Source of the DNA: an uncultured virus (IMG/VR IMGVR_UViG_3300042914_001978)
Taxonomy: Duplodnaviria; Heunggongvirae; Uroviricota; Caudoviricetes
Length of the DNA: 64,000 nt
Strand: one strand, 5' to 3'
Virus record (IMG/VR): IMGVR_UViG_3300042914_001978
The notes under the pieces are model-generated. The model searched no databases, had not been told where the DNA came from, and was given only the letters and a program-made list of their open reading frames with translations. This document shows, piece after piece, positions 1-10,006 of the stretch. The translations under genes and the position numbers were made by a program. Numbering within the stretch: position 1 is the stretch's first letter; the number at the start of each line of letters is the position of its first letter.

Positions 1-130
1 CGATGGCGTCGTTCGCCGCGGCGACGAGCATGGTCTGCGCACCGCTCGGGATGTTGGAGATGGATGAGGCGTCGTTGCCGACACGTTGCCATGCGCGGAG
101 GAGGATTGATTGGAGTTGAACGGTTCGCAC
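1..130 (-). CDS. 5' part of a hypothetical, possibly structural, protein running off the window
   Basis: GTG at 130 opens MRTVQLQSILLRAWQRVGNDASSISNIPSG with no stop before base 1; same strand as upstream genes. Confidence 0.55.
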   Translation of the reverse strand, partial: MRTVQLQSILLRAWQRVGNDASSISNIPSGAQTMLVAAANDAI

Positions 131-157
131 GATAAGGAAAGTGTTTTGGTGCTTCGG

Positions 158-436
158 TTAGGCCGGTGTTTCGGTGAGGGCAGCGACTACCTCTTGCACG
201 ACTTCGGCAAAGCTGTGGGGCGGCTCGGTGAGTGCGGCTTCGATGTTGTCGGGGTCGAGGGCGGCGGTGAAAATAAGCTCGTTGAGCCACTGCTGGAGGG
301 CATCGGCCTTCACGGAGGTGCGGTCGGCTTGGGTAAGGAGTTGCCGCAGGTAGATGAGAAGTGCAGGACGGTCGCGAGACAGCACATGGTCGTCCAAGTG
401 TGCCTGCACGCGGTGGAGTGCGGTTTCGGCGGTCAT
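158..436 (-). CDS. hypothetical protein, possible fibre chaperone
   Basis: 92 aa, ATGA-coupled to the upstream fibre-like gene. Confidence 0.6.
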   Translation of the reverse strand: MTAETALHRVQAHLDDHVLSRDRPALLIYLRQLLTQADRTSVKADALQQWLNELIFTAALDPDNIEAALTEPPHSFAEVVQEVVAALTETPA

Positions 437-2052
437 GTGATGGGGATCAATACAACTCGTGAAGAGCTTTTGAGCGTGCTGGTGTTCGCGCTGGAGCTAA
501 CGAGCGCCCAGTTAAAATCGACTGTTCCACCAGCCGTGAATCGGACGGTCGAAATAGAAAAAACGGCCCCAACGAGTCCCGAGCTTGTTTGTGCAGCGGT
601 GGCCCGAAAGGCGCGGATAGAGGTCGAGCTAGGCGCGACCAGCGCGTTAGTGGTGCTGCTGTTGACGCATTGAATACCGTTGGCTGTAGCGCCGCCGTTG
701 ATATTCGGCGTTGATGCGTCTAACACGCAGCCGCCGCCGCTGGCTGCGACATCAAGTTGCAGGGAGGCGATGACTAAATAGTTGGTATTGGCCTGCGCGG
801 TGAAGCTCATGCCTGCAACAGATGCGGGCGTGGTGCTGGTGGTGTTTGCGTCTGAGGTTGGTGCCAAGACCACAGTGCCGTTGAGTTTGGAGAGTATTAG
901 GTCTGAAAGGAGGGCGAGGGTTCCGCTTGCTGCTGGAGCAGTTAATGTAACCGTGGATGTTGTGGGAACATTAGTGTCTACTTCAAAAGCGATTTTCTTG
1001 GAGGAATCTGAAGATCCGACAATGCGTAGATCTGCATCTGAAATGGCGTCGATGTTTCGGGATGAGGCCGTGCCCAAGGTTGGCTTATTTAAGATTTGCG
1101 CGTCTCCACTGACGGCATCCCAATCTGCGTTGACATTGACTTCTGCCCCGTCTGCCACATTCAATATAGTCCTTACTTGGCTTGCTGATAAGTCTTCGGG
1201 GTCGCCCGTGGAGGCTGTGGCCCGCCCCTTGATGGTCGATTGGGCCATGTTGGACAGCTTGGTATTATCCACTGCGTCATTGGCTATGGTGGCGGCGAAT
1301 GACCCCGTCCCGCTTCCTGTTACATTACCCGTGAGAGTAATTGTCTGATCACCCGTGTTGGTTCCTGTGATTGCATCCAGCTTCGTTTTATCCGCACTGC
1401 TCATGCTACCAGCCGCCGAAGTAGTGGCCGCGCTGATGCTGATTGCGGGGGTTGCCCCACCAGAAGAAGCGATAGGGGCGGTTCCCGTGACGCTGGTTAC
1501 GCCAGTCGCGGGCGCTGCCCCCCATTCTGGTGCGGTGGAAGTGCTATTTACTTTAAGGATCTGCCCTGCGGTGCCGATAGGAAGTCGTTCGTTGACCAAA
1601 GGGCCGCGATAGAGGGTATCGCCTTGGTTGGTGAGGATAGATTCTCCTCCTCCTCCAGAAGTTCCATAGCGAGGTAGAATCTGCCATCCACGGGTTACCC
1701 CCGTATAGATCATCGTGAAATAGGCTCCTTCGACATTGCAGACGAGGTTTTCTTCGATAGATTCGATTCTTTCCCCGTTTCGGGCGATGGTCAGGGGATT
1801 GGTGTCGAAGGTCTCCGAGTAGTCGAAGATATCGATGGAGTCTCCTTCATTCGGGTTGAGCGGGAGAGTAAGAGTAAACGTACCTCCAGAAGTATCTGCG
1901 GCGATATTCTGAGAATTAGAAAGCGTTTGCGGACTAGAGACTACCGTGTAGTTGATGTTAGCTTGCGGGCCAGTTGGCCCAGCAGGGCCGCGCTCCACCA
2001 CCTCAATGATCTCAATCTCCCTCTCTGTGATCTCAATGACCTCTTGGCTCAT
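433..2052 (-). CDS. tail fibre-like protein
   Basis: 539 aa Thr/Ser/Gly-rich; short collagen-like GPAGPTGPQ; DTSGGTFTLTLP..GD motif; GSMSSADKTKLD and ADWDAVSGDAQILNKP fibre motifs. Confidence 0.75.
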   Translation of the reverse strand: MSQEVIEITEREIEIIEVVERGPAGPTGPQANINYTVVSSPQTLSNSQNIAADTSGGTFTLTLPLNPNEGDSIDIFDYSETFDTNPLTIARNGERIESIEENLVCNVEGAYFTMIYTGVTRGWQILPRYGTSGGGGESILTNQGDTLYRGPLVNERLPIGTAGQILKVNSTSTAPEWGAAPATGVTSVTGTAPIASSGGATPAISISAATTSAAGSMSSADKTKLDAITGTNTGDQTITLTGNVTGSGTGSFAATIANDAVDNTKLSNMAQSTIKGRATASTGDPEDLSASQVRTILNVADGAEVNVNADWDAVSGDAQILNKPTLGTASSRNIDAISDADLRIVGSSDSSKKIAFEVDTNVPTTSTVTLTAPAASGTLALLSDLILSKLNGTVVLAPTSDANTTSTTPASVAGMSFTAQANTNYLVIASLQLDVAASGGGCVLDASTPNINGGATANGIQCVNSSTTNALVAPSSTSIRAFRATAAQTSSGLVGAVFSISTVRFTAGGTVDFNWALVSSSANTSTLKSSSRVVLIPIT

Positions 2053-2417
2053 CGGGCAATCTCCTGATAGACTTTAGCCTTACCTGTGGCGAATGCGATA
2101 TAGGTGTAGCCTTGGTAGAGTTCGATTTCGTAGACGTTGTCGCCTGCGGTCAGGTTTGCGGCCTGTGTGGCGGTGATTTCGATTTCGATGGTGCCCGCTG
2201 CCCCTCCCAATGTAATCCCGCTTCCAGAGGTCAATGTGAGCAAAGTAGCACTATCCTTCGCGCACTCACGGATGACCATGTTGGCCCCGTAGCCCGAAAG
2301 ATTGACTGGGACATTAGACTTTCCCTTGCAGGACTTAGTCAGATAACGAAACTTCGCCGTCCATGTCTTTCCTTGGACGATTTCAATATCTCTCTCAAGT
2401 CTCCAGTAGTTGGTCAT
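2049..2417 (-). CDS. beta-sandwich tail adaptor-like protein, paralog of 5097-5465
   Basis: DIEIVQGKTW..PVNLSGY.A.M.IR..YEIEL pattern shared with 5097-5465. Confidence 0.65.
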   Translation of the reverse strand: MTNYWRLERDIEIVQGKTWTAKFRYLTKSCKGKSNVPVNLSGYGANMVIRECAKDSATLLTLTSGSGITLGGAAGTIEIEITATQAANLTAGDNVYEIELYQGYTYIAFATGKAKVYQEIAR

Positions 2418-4771
2418 TGAAACAGGGGAATGCGGAAGGTCTGATTGGTTCCGCCGATATTCAAAGTAACATCCATCCAGCGAACTGCTGTATTGAAGTT
2501 TACTTGGTTTGAATTAGCCGTATTAGTGGGTGCGGCGTTGGTCGTGAACACTGCTGCTTGGAAGTTTGTAGGAGTCCAGTTTGTTAAAGTTGAGCCGACA
2601 TTTCCAATTACATAAGTTGTTCCAAAAGTGGAATTTAAACCTGTTGATCTTGTAAGGTTTCCTCCAGTAGTTGCACCAACAATTAAAGATCCTCCACTAA
2701 GACCTCCAAGAGAAACATTGCTGAACGTTGGAATATTGGTGGCACCAAGTTCGAGGTTGGTGCGGGTTGTTGCGGCGTTTGTTGTGCTGGCAAAGCTAAT
2801 TGCGCCAACGGTATTCATTCCGCTTCCTCCAAGATTCCATTCTCCGCCGCTTCCTAGGGTAAGATCTCCTTCTTCAAAATCAATTTCTCCATTAAATCCA
2901 ATTATTCCAGTATTGGTAAATGTATAATCACCAATAACAATTTTATTAAATGTAACATCATTCGTCGCGCCTAACCCAATCGCCGTGCGAAAATTCGTGA
3001 CGTTGGCGTTGGTGAGCCAAGCTGCACCGAGGCCGAGGTTGGTGCGATTGACCCCAGCAAATGCGCCAATCGTAAAACTGTTGGTGTCTTCGGTTAGCTC
3101 AATGCTTTGAAAGTTTGGTTCACTTGTCTCCCCCAACCCAATCTCCGTGCGGAAATTTGTTACATTTGTATTAGTGAGCCATGAAGCCCCCAATCCTAAA
3201 TTTGTTCTGCTTGCCGCCGCATTGGCTGCTGCGTTGGTTCCCGAAAAATAGATAGGCTCAATGTAGGAGATGTTGTCGGCCAACCTCCATTCTCCGCTTC
3301 GATACATCAGTAGAACCGTCTCATCAAGCTGGTTGAGTGTGATTAGGTTGGTTGCCGCACCCAACTGCCTAATTGCTGTCACTGCATTGGTTGAATTGGC
3401 AAGATGGGTAATAGTAGCTCTATCTCCTTCAAATGTGGTTGCGGGATTCGTGGGTAATGTCACCGTATTGGTAACCCCAGATACAGAAGGAGCAAGGCTG
3501 AACAAGAATAGGTTGCGGCTATTTGTCGCGGCATTTGTTGATGTTCCAGTAACATTTGTCTGGTATTGAACAGTTGTGGATATCGGGGCCGCTTGCCAAA
3601 AGTTGGTCGGGCTTACCACTTCTCCGTTGGTGTTGACCAAAACTGGATTGGTATTAGACCCAAAGAGAGCCGCTTGGAATGTTGCGGCGTTGGTATTGGT
3701 TAGCCCGCTCCAAGGAAGTCCAAGGTTGGTGCGAGTTTGAGCCTGATACAATGGGCGATTTGTTGCGCCACCAATCTGAATTGCGCCAGAATCAAATGTC
3801 CATTCTCCAAAAAATATTCTTGTTTCTGGCTCGATTATGTCATTAGTTCCCCATCTTATTACGGACTCGCTTAAATACAGATCCCCCAAATTTACCGTTT
3901 CAAATGTCACGCTATTAGTGGTTCCAAGCCCGATGGCATTACGGAAATTTGTGGCATCTGTATTTGTAAGCGCAGACCAGCCCAATCCAAGATTGGTTCT
4001 TGCGGTTGCGGCGTTAGTAGATGCGGTTCCGCCGTTAGCCAATGCCACTACCCCCGTAACGTTTGTGGCCAGTGGGGCTGTTCCTACAATATTAGAAGCC
4101 AACGCTACAGTTCCCGTAATATTTGCTGCGGTAATATTGCTTAATCCTGAAGCATTTCCGTTGGTTGCAAGCTTTGTATCAAGATTTGACTGAAGATTAA
4201 CAACTCCTGAAATGGGAATATTAGTCAAAAATGCGCCATTATTTGTAGACAAATTGGTTAAATTTGTGCTGGCTGGTTGAAATGCTGTAACCGAACTAGT
4301 TGCGACAGTTCCAAGTAAAAGTGCCGCTCTTGCAGCTTCTGCATTTGTAGCAATAAAAACTGCGTCTCCAATTGTTGTTATTCCAAGATTCTGTCTAGCA
4401 TTTGCAGCATTGGTAGCGCCTGTTCCACCTTGAGTAATCGAAAGGGTTCCAGCGAAATTAGTGAATGTTACTGAGGGAATGTTTGACGCTGCTATAACCC
4501 CGACAATACTTGTGGATTGGAGGTTGGTTAGCGCCCCACCATTACTAGTGGCAAGATTTGAAAGTGCCGCTGAAGAAGCTTGAAATGCAGTTGCTGGGTT
4601 TGTTGCAGCAGTCCCCAATCCAAGTCCAGTGCGAGCATTGGAGGCATCAACACTCCAGAAATTTGTTGGCTGAACAACAGTATTATTTGTTCCCACAAGA
4701 ACATTTCGCGTTTGTCCGAAGCCAGAAACAACCAAGGCTCCACCGATAATAAGTGAGAGAATATATTTCAT
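2414..4771 (-). CDS. Thr/Asn-rich repetitive fibre-like protein with signal-peptide-like N-terminus
   Basis: 785 aa; recurring RTNLGLG and TNFRxxIGLG motifs; N-terminus MKYILSLIIGGALVVSGFG|Q. Confidence 0.7.
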   Translation of the reverse strand: MKYILSLIIGGALVVSGFGQTRNVLVGTNNTVVQPTNFWSVDASNARTGLGLGTAATNPATAFQASSAALSNLATSNGGALTNLQSTSIVGVIAASNIPSVTFTNFAGTLSITQGGTGATNAANARQNLGITTIGDAVFIATNAEAARAALLLGTVATSSVTAFQPASTNLTNLSTNNGAFLTNIPISGVVNLQSNLDTKLATNGNASGLSNITAANITGTVALASNIVGTAPLATNVTGVVALANGGTASTNAATARTNLGLGWSALTNTDATNFRNAIGLGTTNSVTFETVNLGDLYLSESVIRWGTNDIIEPETRIFFGEWTFDSGAIQIGGATNRPLYQAQTRTNLGLPWSGLTNTNAATFQAALFGSNTNPVLVNTNGEVVSPTNFWQAAPISTTVQYQTNVTGTSTNAATNSRNLFLFSLAPSVSGVTNTVTLPTNPATTFEGDRATITHLANSTNAVTAIRQLGAATNLITLNQLDETVLLMYRSGEWRLADNISYIEPIYFSGTNAAANAAASRTNLGLGASWLTNTNVTNFRTEIGLGETSEPNFQSIELTEDTNSFTIGAFAGVNRTNLGLGAAWLTNANVTNFRTAIGLGATNDVTFNKIVIGDYTFTNTGIIGFNGEIDFEEGDLTLGSGGEWNLGGSGMNTVGAISFASTTNAATTRTNLELGATNIPTFSNVSLGGLSGGSLIVGATTGGNLTRSTGLNSTFGTTYVIGNVGSTLTNWTPTNFQAAVFTTNAAPTNTANSNQVNFNTAVRWMDVTLNIGGTNQTFRIPLFQ

Positions 4772-4772
4772 T

Positions 4773-5096
4773 TTACATTAGTCGCTTCCAAACCCGCTTT
4801 GTTCCTGTTTGGCTATCATAGTCATTGGGTCGGACTACGAATGGGAGACTTTGATCATCAGTTCCGTTGGTCAGTTGATAAATGGCTGGGATTCCGTCGA
4901 TCACCAAAAAGATAACAATCCCAACAGCATAAGTTCCACTAACCGTATTGAGTCCATCAAGATTAGTCGATCCGCCGCCATCCAATCCCGTAACAGATGG
5001 CTCCACGCGAAGGATATTGACGCTTGGAGTTTGAATCGGCGTTGATGAGACGCCGATAACGCTGGAAGAAGGAATGGGGATGCAAATCTTGCTCAT
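4773..5096 (-). CDS. hypothetical virion-module protein
   Basis: 107 aa tightly packed in the fibre cassette; VVRPNDY..VWKR end. Confidence 0.6.
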   Translation of the reverse strand: MSKICIPIPSSSVIGVSSTPIQTPSVNILRVEPSVTGLDGGGSTNLDGLNTVSGTYAVGIVIFLVIDGIPAIYQLTNGTDDQSLPFVVRPNDYDSQTGTKRVWKRLM

Positions 5097-5465
5097 TTAG
5101 CGGGTAACCTCTGGTGAAATGATAACATTACCTTGTAGGATTCGGGTTGTGATGGCCCCATCGTATAACTCAAGGTCATATACGGCTTTATCGCAGACGG
5201 AGAGGGAGGCGGTGTCGGACGCCGAAATAAATAGTCTAATAGATCCTGTAGTTTCATTCAAGATAATTCTACCATTGCCTACAGCAGTAGACAATTCAAG
5301 AATTAGTGCTTTGGATTCGGGCTTTGACCTGATGTGCATCTTGGCCGTAAACCCAGCAAGGTTGACGGGAGCCGAAGGTTCGCCCGTCTCATAGAAAAGA
5401 GTCTGATTAAATGTTGCTCCTTGGAATATACAAATATCGGCAACAGCAATAGGTAATTCGGCCAT
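5097..5465 (-). CDS. beta-sandwich tail adaptor-like protein
   Basis: IFQGATFNQ..PVNLAGFTAKMHIR..AVYDLEL..RILQG. Confidence 0.65.
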   Translation of the reverse strand: MAELPIAVADICIFQGATFNQTLFYETGEPSAPVNLAGFTAKMHIRSKPESKALILELSTAVGNGRIILNETTGSIRLFISASDTASLSVCDKAVYDLELYDGAITTRILQGNVIISPEVTR

Positions 5466-5483
5466 AAAAATTCATATTAGAAT

Positions 5484-7325
5484 CTACCAATTCTTCCTTA
5501 GAGTCAAGGCTTGTTTAAGTTTCTTGAAGGTTTCTTTATTAACTCTTTTCTTTTCTTCTATCGCTTCTGATCCCGCCATGGCTCCAAAGACTTTACGGGC
5601 GACAAACAATCCTACAGCAAATGAGTCAAATAAGTCGGGGGACTTTCCTATCCGTTTTTTCATATCGGTCTTGGACTCAATGATGATCTTTCTGGTTCGG
5701 CGCACATACTTCCTCTGGGTCATCTCCCATGCCAAATCGGGGCTGATGCCCTTTAGTTGTTCACATTCTAGGAAGTAGCGGGCGGCGAAGCACAGTTCTG
5801 AAGCCATGTTGTGGAACAATTCCTTGCCGACTTGGGGTTTTCCCGTGACCTCGTTCCTCATGGCGTATTGGGCACTTACTGGCAAATCTGAAGCCGCCCC
5901 TGCAAAACTCACTGCATGCCAACCCTTTAGGAGTTCTCGTTCTCCGATTGACCAGAAAATACCACCCGCCGAAGCATCTACCCCCATCCACTGATTTGGA
6001 ATTCCCAATTTGAGAGAGAGATCATGAATTTGCTGGATCATCTCATATTGGAAGTCTTCTTGAGATCCCGCCCTCCTATTGAGGACATACTGTTTCTCGA
6101 CAGCTATCGCCCATTTACCACTGATCAGCTTGCCATACTTGAGGTGGGTGAAGACAAACCTATCGCCACCTTCGGTGTAGCTAGGGTCAATTCCTGCAAT
6201 ATCTTTCGGGGTTCCGTCCCAGATCGGCTTGTCTAGCGCACCATGGCGAGCTAGGAGGATATCAGAGACAATCGTGGAGTCATCAGCATCAGCGGGAGGC
6301 CAGAAGCCCCTAAACTTTCTCCAATACTGGGGGTTGAGTTCTCCAAGTTCCTTTCGGGCTAATGCCACATCGTTTGGTTTTGGGAGGAACGGGTAGCGGA
6401 GTCCCTTTCCAGCATCGAAGGACTGTTGGTTGGGATTGTCGTTCTCTGAGTCAAATCGTATGCATACTCCCTCAATACCAGCCACTCGTATCTTCCAGTT
6501 CGGGGTTTGCTCGTCCACACTCATCCACCCCTTGATCGGTTCGCAAAATTTTCCGTGGGGATCAAAAATGGAGGACGGGTTACCCGCTCCAACGATATAG
6601 AGTTCTTGTGCGCCCTTAAATCCCCACACAGCCTCGTTAATTACGGAAGCCGAACAATCTTGCAACTCATCGATTATCAACACGATACGACGATTCTTTT
6701 TACCCTGAAGTCGTTTTTGGGCATCATCTTTGTATTCATCACCCGCTGCTAGAAGCATGATTGATGAAGCATCGCTTACCCCTGTTTCGGGATCGATAAT
6801 CGCCCCCTCCTCGTCCGAAAGCTTGATAATGTCCATGGATTCGATGAGCCTTCCAGAGGCTAGTCCCATGTTTCGGGCTTCGCGATACATCTTGACCAGT
6901 GCTGCCCAGATGCGCTGCTTGGCGTCTATTTTGCTCGTAGAGACCACAATGGTCATCGTATTGATTGGATCACAGAACCAGTTGACAAGAGCGAACGCCG
7001 CCATGCCATAAGACTTACCAGAGTCAGTTCCGCCAGCCAGACCAGTCACGCTTCGGACAAATCGATTGCCAGTTGCCCCGTCTACCTCGTAGACTTGATT
7101 GCAGAATGCCTGTGCGCTAAGTTCCGCCCACCTATGCCACTGAAAAGCTGGCCAAATAGCAGAGACAATATTTCGGTAATGCCTAGCTTTTCCGAGTCCG
7201 CCTTCTTCGGGTGTTAACCCCTGCAAGAAAGCATCCATCTCAATACGGATCGGTGTAATCGCCTGTCCGTCTTTGGGTAACCACAACCTCCCGTATTTCT
7301 CTATCCCTTGATCAACTGTTGCCAT
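5484..7325 (-). CDS. terL: terminase large subunit
   Basis: Walker A-like GGTDSGKS, Walker B IVLIIDE, GAGNP motif, RNase H-like IAGIDPS, C-terminal SPDLFDS. Confidence 0.9.
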   Translation of the reverse strand: MATVDQGIEKYGRLWLPKDGQAITPIRIEMDAFLQGLTPEEGGLGKARHYRNIVSAIWPAFQWHRWAELSAQAFCNQVYEVDGATGNRFVRSVTGLAGGTDSGKSYGMAAFALVNWFCDPINTMTIVVSTSKIDAKQRIWAALVKMYREARNMGLASGRLIESMDIIKLSDEEGAIIDPETGVSDASSIMLLAAGDEYKDDAQKRLQGKKNRRIVLIIDELQDCSASVINEAVWGFKGAQELYIVGAGNPSSIFDPHGKFCEPIKGWMSVDEQTPNWKIRVAGIEGVCIRFDSENDNPNQQSFDAGKGLRYPFLPKPNDVALARKELGELNPQYWRKFRGFWPPADADDSTIVSDILLARHGALDKPIWDGTPKDIAGIDPSYTEGGDRFVFTHLKYGKLISGKWAIAVEKQYVLNRRAGSQEDFQYEMIQQIHDLSLKLGIPNQWMGVDASAGGIFWSIGERELLKGWHAVSFAGAASDLPVSAQYAMRNEVTGKPQVGKELFHNMASELCFAARYFLECEQLKGISPDLAWEMTQRKYVRRTRKIIIESKTDMKKRIGKSPDLFDSFAVGLFVARKVFGAMAGSEAIEEKKRVNKETFKKLKQALTLRKNW

Positions 7326-7353
7326 TTATAAAATTTACACTACACTAATCGCA

Positions 7354-8124
7354 ATGGAGAAAAAGCGCAAGGTTGCAGAACGGGATTGGGATGCGCCCGA
7401 AAATCGACTTAAAAAACAGAATGCATTTCGTCTATATGCCGCTGGTAGGGAATTGCCAGAAGTAATGAAAGCTTTGGACACAAAGCACAAAGCCACGATT
7501 GAGAAGATGATATATAGCGAGAAGTGGGATGAGTATGCCAAGATCTGGCAGGAAAATCCCGAAAAAGAAAATCTTTATCCTTGGGACAAAGAACGCCCCA
7601 TAGCTCTAGTTCCGCCCCCCGCAAAGATGGAGGAGATGGATAAAAAACGCAGGCTTGAATGCATTAAGGGATTCTCCATGTATTGTTCGGGGCGCACCCT
7701 ACGGGACATTGCCGAGGAACTGAAGGTTAGCGAGTCTACCGTTTGCTTATGGCGGGATACCCAGCGTTGGATTCAGTGCAGGGAGCGTCTCGTCAACGAT
7801 CAATCCCCCGCCCCTTGGGAGGATGACGGGGTTCCCACTTTGATGTCGGAAATTACGGCTTCATTGGAGACCATGAAAAAATCGATCAAGTTTCTGACTG
7901 GCAAAGTATTAGTCAAGGCCGCTGATGCCGCGCAAGACCTTGATGGTATGGAAGCTCTTGGCATGATGAGAAATATCAAACAACTAGCCGAGGCAGCGTC
8001 GATCAACTTCTCTGAAGGCCCGAATCAGCAAAATGCTATTCAGATCAATATAGCCACCAAACTGGAATCCATGAAGATTCCCGAGGACTCAACCTACGAA
8101 GCGGAGCTTGTGGTTAATGAATAG
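7354..8124 (+). CDS. tandem-HTH protein, putative terminase small subunit
   Basis: two HTH-like repeats (AFRLYAAGRELPEV..W; GFSMYCSGRTLRDIAEELKVSESTVCLW); adjacent to terL. Confidence 0.55.
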   Translation: MEKKRKVAERDWDAPENRLKKQNAFRLYAAGRELPEVMKALDTKHKATIEKMIYSEKWDEYAKIWQENPEKENLYPWDKERPIALVPPPAKMEEMDKKRRLECIKGFSMYCSGRTLRDIAEELKVSESTVCLWRDTQRWIQCRERLVNDQSPAPWEDDGVPTLMSEITASLETMKKSIKFLTGKVLVKAADAAQDLDGMEALGMMRNIKQLAEAASINFSEGPNQQNAIQINIATKLESMKIPEDSTYEAELVVNE

Positions 8125-8716
8125 TCCGAGATTCTGCTATTCGCGTAAAACCACTGTCCCGCCGCAGGGCTGGTGGGTTAAGTGCCCAATTGTGGATGAA
8201 CCCGTCCACGGTGGAGATTTTTGGGATATGGTTGGTAATTGTGAAAAGCTTTTGGTTTCCAAGGGAATTACTCCGCCTATTGATTTTGTGTCGCAAATAG
8301 AAAACAATCTTTGTGACAGAATGGCTGGCAACGAAAACTGTGTGCCGTGTTCTCAAGAAAAACAGAAACTTGGTTTTTCAGAAATTGTTCGCTGGGTCAA
8401 GGCCATGTATCAGTTTGCCGTAAATGGCAAGTTTGAGCTTGTCTCACAAGAAGAAGCTGAACGCCGTGCCAAGATCTGTGCAGCTTGCCCTCACCAAATA
8501 GCAACATCTGGTTGTTGGGGGTGCAAGGGAATTGCTGGAATGCTGCCCCATATTGCAGGAGCCAGAAAAACTTCCTATGACTTGCAACTCAAGGCTTGCG
8601 GGGTTTGCGGATGCTACAACGCCGTGAGCGTCCACTTACCCGTTGAGGTGCAGGGCGGAGAGAATCTGGAATTTCCCGATTTCTGCTGGAAGTTTAAGCA
8701 ACCTCAAAGCGAGTAA
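8117..8716 (+). CDS. Cys-rich putative metal-binding protein
   Basis: ERRAKICAACPH, CWGC, CGVCGC and terminal CW motifs. Confidence 0.65.
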   Translation: MNSPRFCYSRKTTVPPQGWWVKCPIVDEPVHGGDFWDMVGNCEKLLVSKGITPPIDFVSQIENNLCDRMAGNENCVPCSQEKQKLGFSEIVRWVKAMYQFAVNGKFELVSQEEAERRAKICAACPHQIATSGCWGCKGIAGMLPHIAGARKTSYDLQLKACGVCGCYNAVSVHLPVEVQGGENLEFPDFCWKFKQPQSE

Positions 8717-9998
8717 TCGCCTTGTTAAAGCTCATGTTGGCAACGCCTGTCGGGCCGTCACGATGCTTACCGACAATGAACTCCATGGTGGGATTCTGCT
8801 CATGGTCTTGGGCATCCTCGCTATGAAGCATGATGACGATGTCGCTATCCTGTTCAATAGCTCCAGATCCCTTGAGGTCTGAAAGGCTTGGGCGTCCACC
8901 GCGCTTGTCGGGGTCGCGGTTGAGTTGAGCCAGCACCAGAACGGGAACCTTGAGGGTCTTAGCCAGATCCTTGATCCCGCCGCTGATCTCTTCCACTTCG
9001 CACACACGATTGTCTTTTCCACGCTTGCTGTCGCCCTTGACCAACTGAAGGTAGTCAATAATGACGAGGTCTAATGGCGTCCTTTGGTGGGCGCGGCGGG
9101 CAACCGCCTTGAGATAGCCTATGGACTTTGCCGAACTATCATCGCAGATGATTTCAGATCCGTGGATCTCTTGGATAGAACGTGCCAGAGATTGTTTTTG
9201 ATGCGGGGTGACCCGACCAGAAAGGATGTCAGCCGCTCCTACACGCGCCCGCGAGCGGATCATGCGTTCCATAAGCGCAACGCTGGTCATCTCTAAAGAA
9301 AAGATAAGCACCCGCTTTTTCTGGTTTAGTGCTACGTTTTCAGCAATCTGGAGTGCGCTTGCAGTCTTTCCTACTGCTGGTCTTGCCGCCAAAACAACCA
9401 TGTCTCCTCCGCGCAATCCAAACATAAGGATGTCATCCAATGGTGTGATTCCTGTGCGGATACCGATACAGGGCTTGCCAGCAATGGTGGATTCAATGTT
9501 CTGGGCAGCGCGGTCTAGGGCGCTATTGATTGATAGTTTGTCTCCATCATCAATCTCGTAATCGGCCCGCATCACGGTTGTTTCCGACCAGTTCTTTAGT
9601 TCTTCAATCTTCAGTTCGCGGTCTCTAGCCTTGTGAACCATGTCGTTGGCCAGATACTCCAAAGACCTACGATAACGGGCTTCTTCCAGCTTGGGGTAGT
9701 AGCGTTTCCAATTGTTGTGGGCTACACACGAAGTTGCAACTTCTGCAATCTTTTGTTCACCCCCAATGATGTCGTATTCGTTGGCCGCTTCGATTTCGGC
9801 TTTCACATTGATGATGTCTGCCTGCATACCCTTGGCAATGCAGCGCATAATCGCCCGAAAGATGATCTTGTTCTCCTGAAGGTAGAAATGATCCTCTTTG
9901 ATAGAAAGCAAGATTTCCCTTTGATCCTCTGTCGGCGCGTGGCAGAGGCAGGACAGGATTGCGGTTTCCGCCGATGGTTCGTAGATGACTTCGTGCAT
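8694..9998 (-). CDS. dnaB: replicative DNA helicase
   Basis: AARPAVGKT, FSLEM, IIDYLQL, LAQLNR, DLKGSGAIEQDSD, KHRDG. Confidence 0.97.
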   Translation of the reverse strand: MHEVIYEPSAETAILSCLCHAPTEDQREILLSIKEDHFYLQENKIIFRAIMRCIAKGMQADIINVKAEIEAANEYDIIGGEQKIAEVATSCVAHNNWKRYYPKLEEARYRRSLEYLANDMVHKARDRELKIEELKNWSETTVMRADYEIDDGDKLSINSALDRAAQNIESTIAGKPCIGIRTGITPLDDILMFGLRGGDMVVLAARPAVGKTASALQIAENVALNQKKRVLIFSLEMTSVALMERMIRSRARVGAADILSGRVTPHQKQSLARSIQEIHGSEIICDDSSAKSIGYLKAVARRAHQRTPLDLVIIDYLQLVKGDSKRGKDNRVCEVEEISGGIKDLAKTLKVPVLVLAQLNRDPDKRGGRPSLSDLKGSGAIEQDSDIVIMLHSEDAQDHEQNPTMEFIVGKHRDGPTGVANMSFNKAITRFEVA

Positions 9999-10006
9999 AG
10001 TAAGCG

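Noticed and set aside
110..1612. Plus-strand ORFs 110-673, 782-1348, 1355-1612
   Set aside because: Antisense shadows of the coupled minus-strand genes
433..4771. Diversity-generating retroelement acting on fibres
   Set aside because: No reverse transcriptase and no repeat pair differing only at adenines noticed
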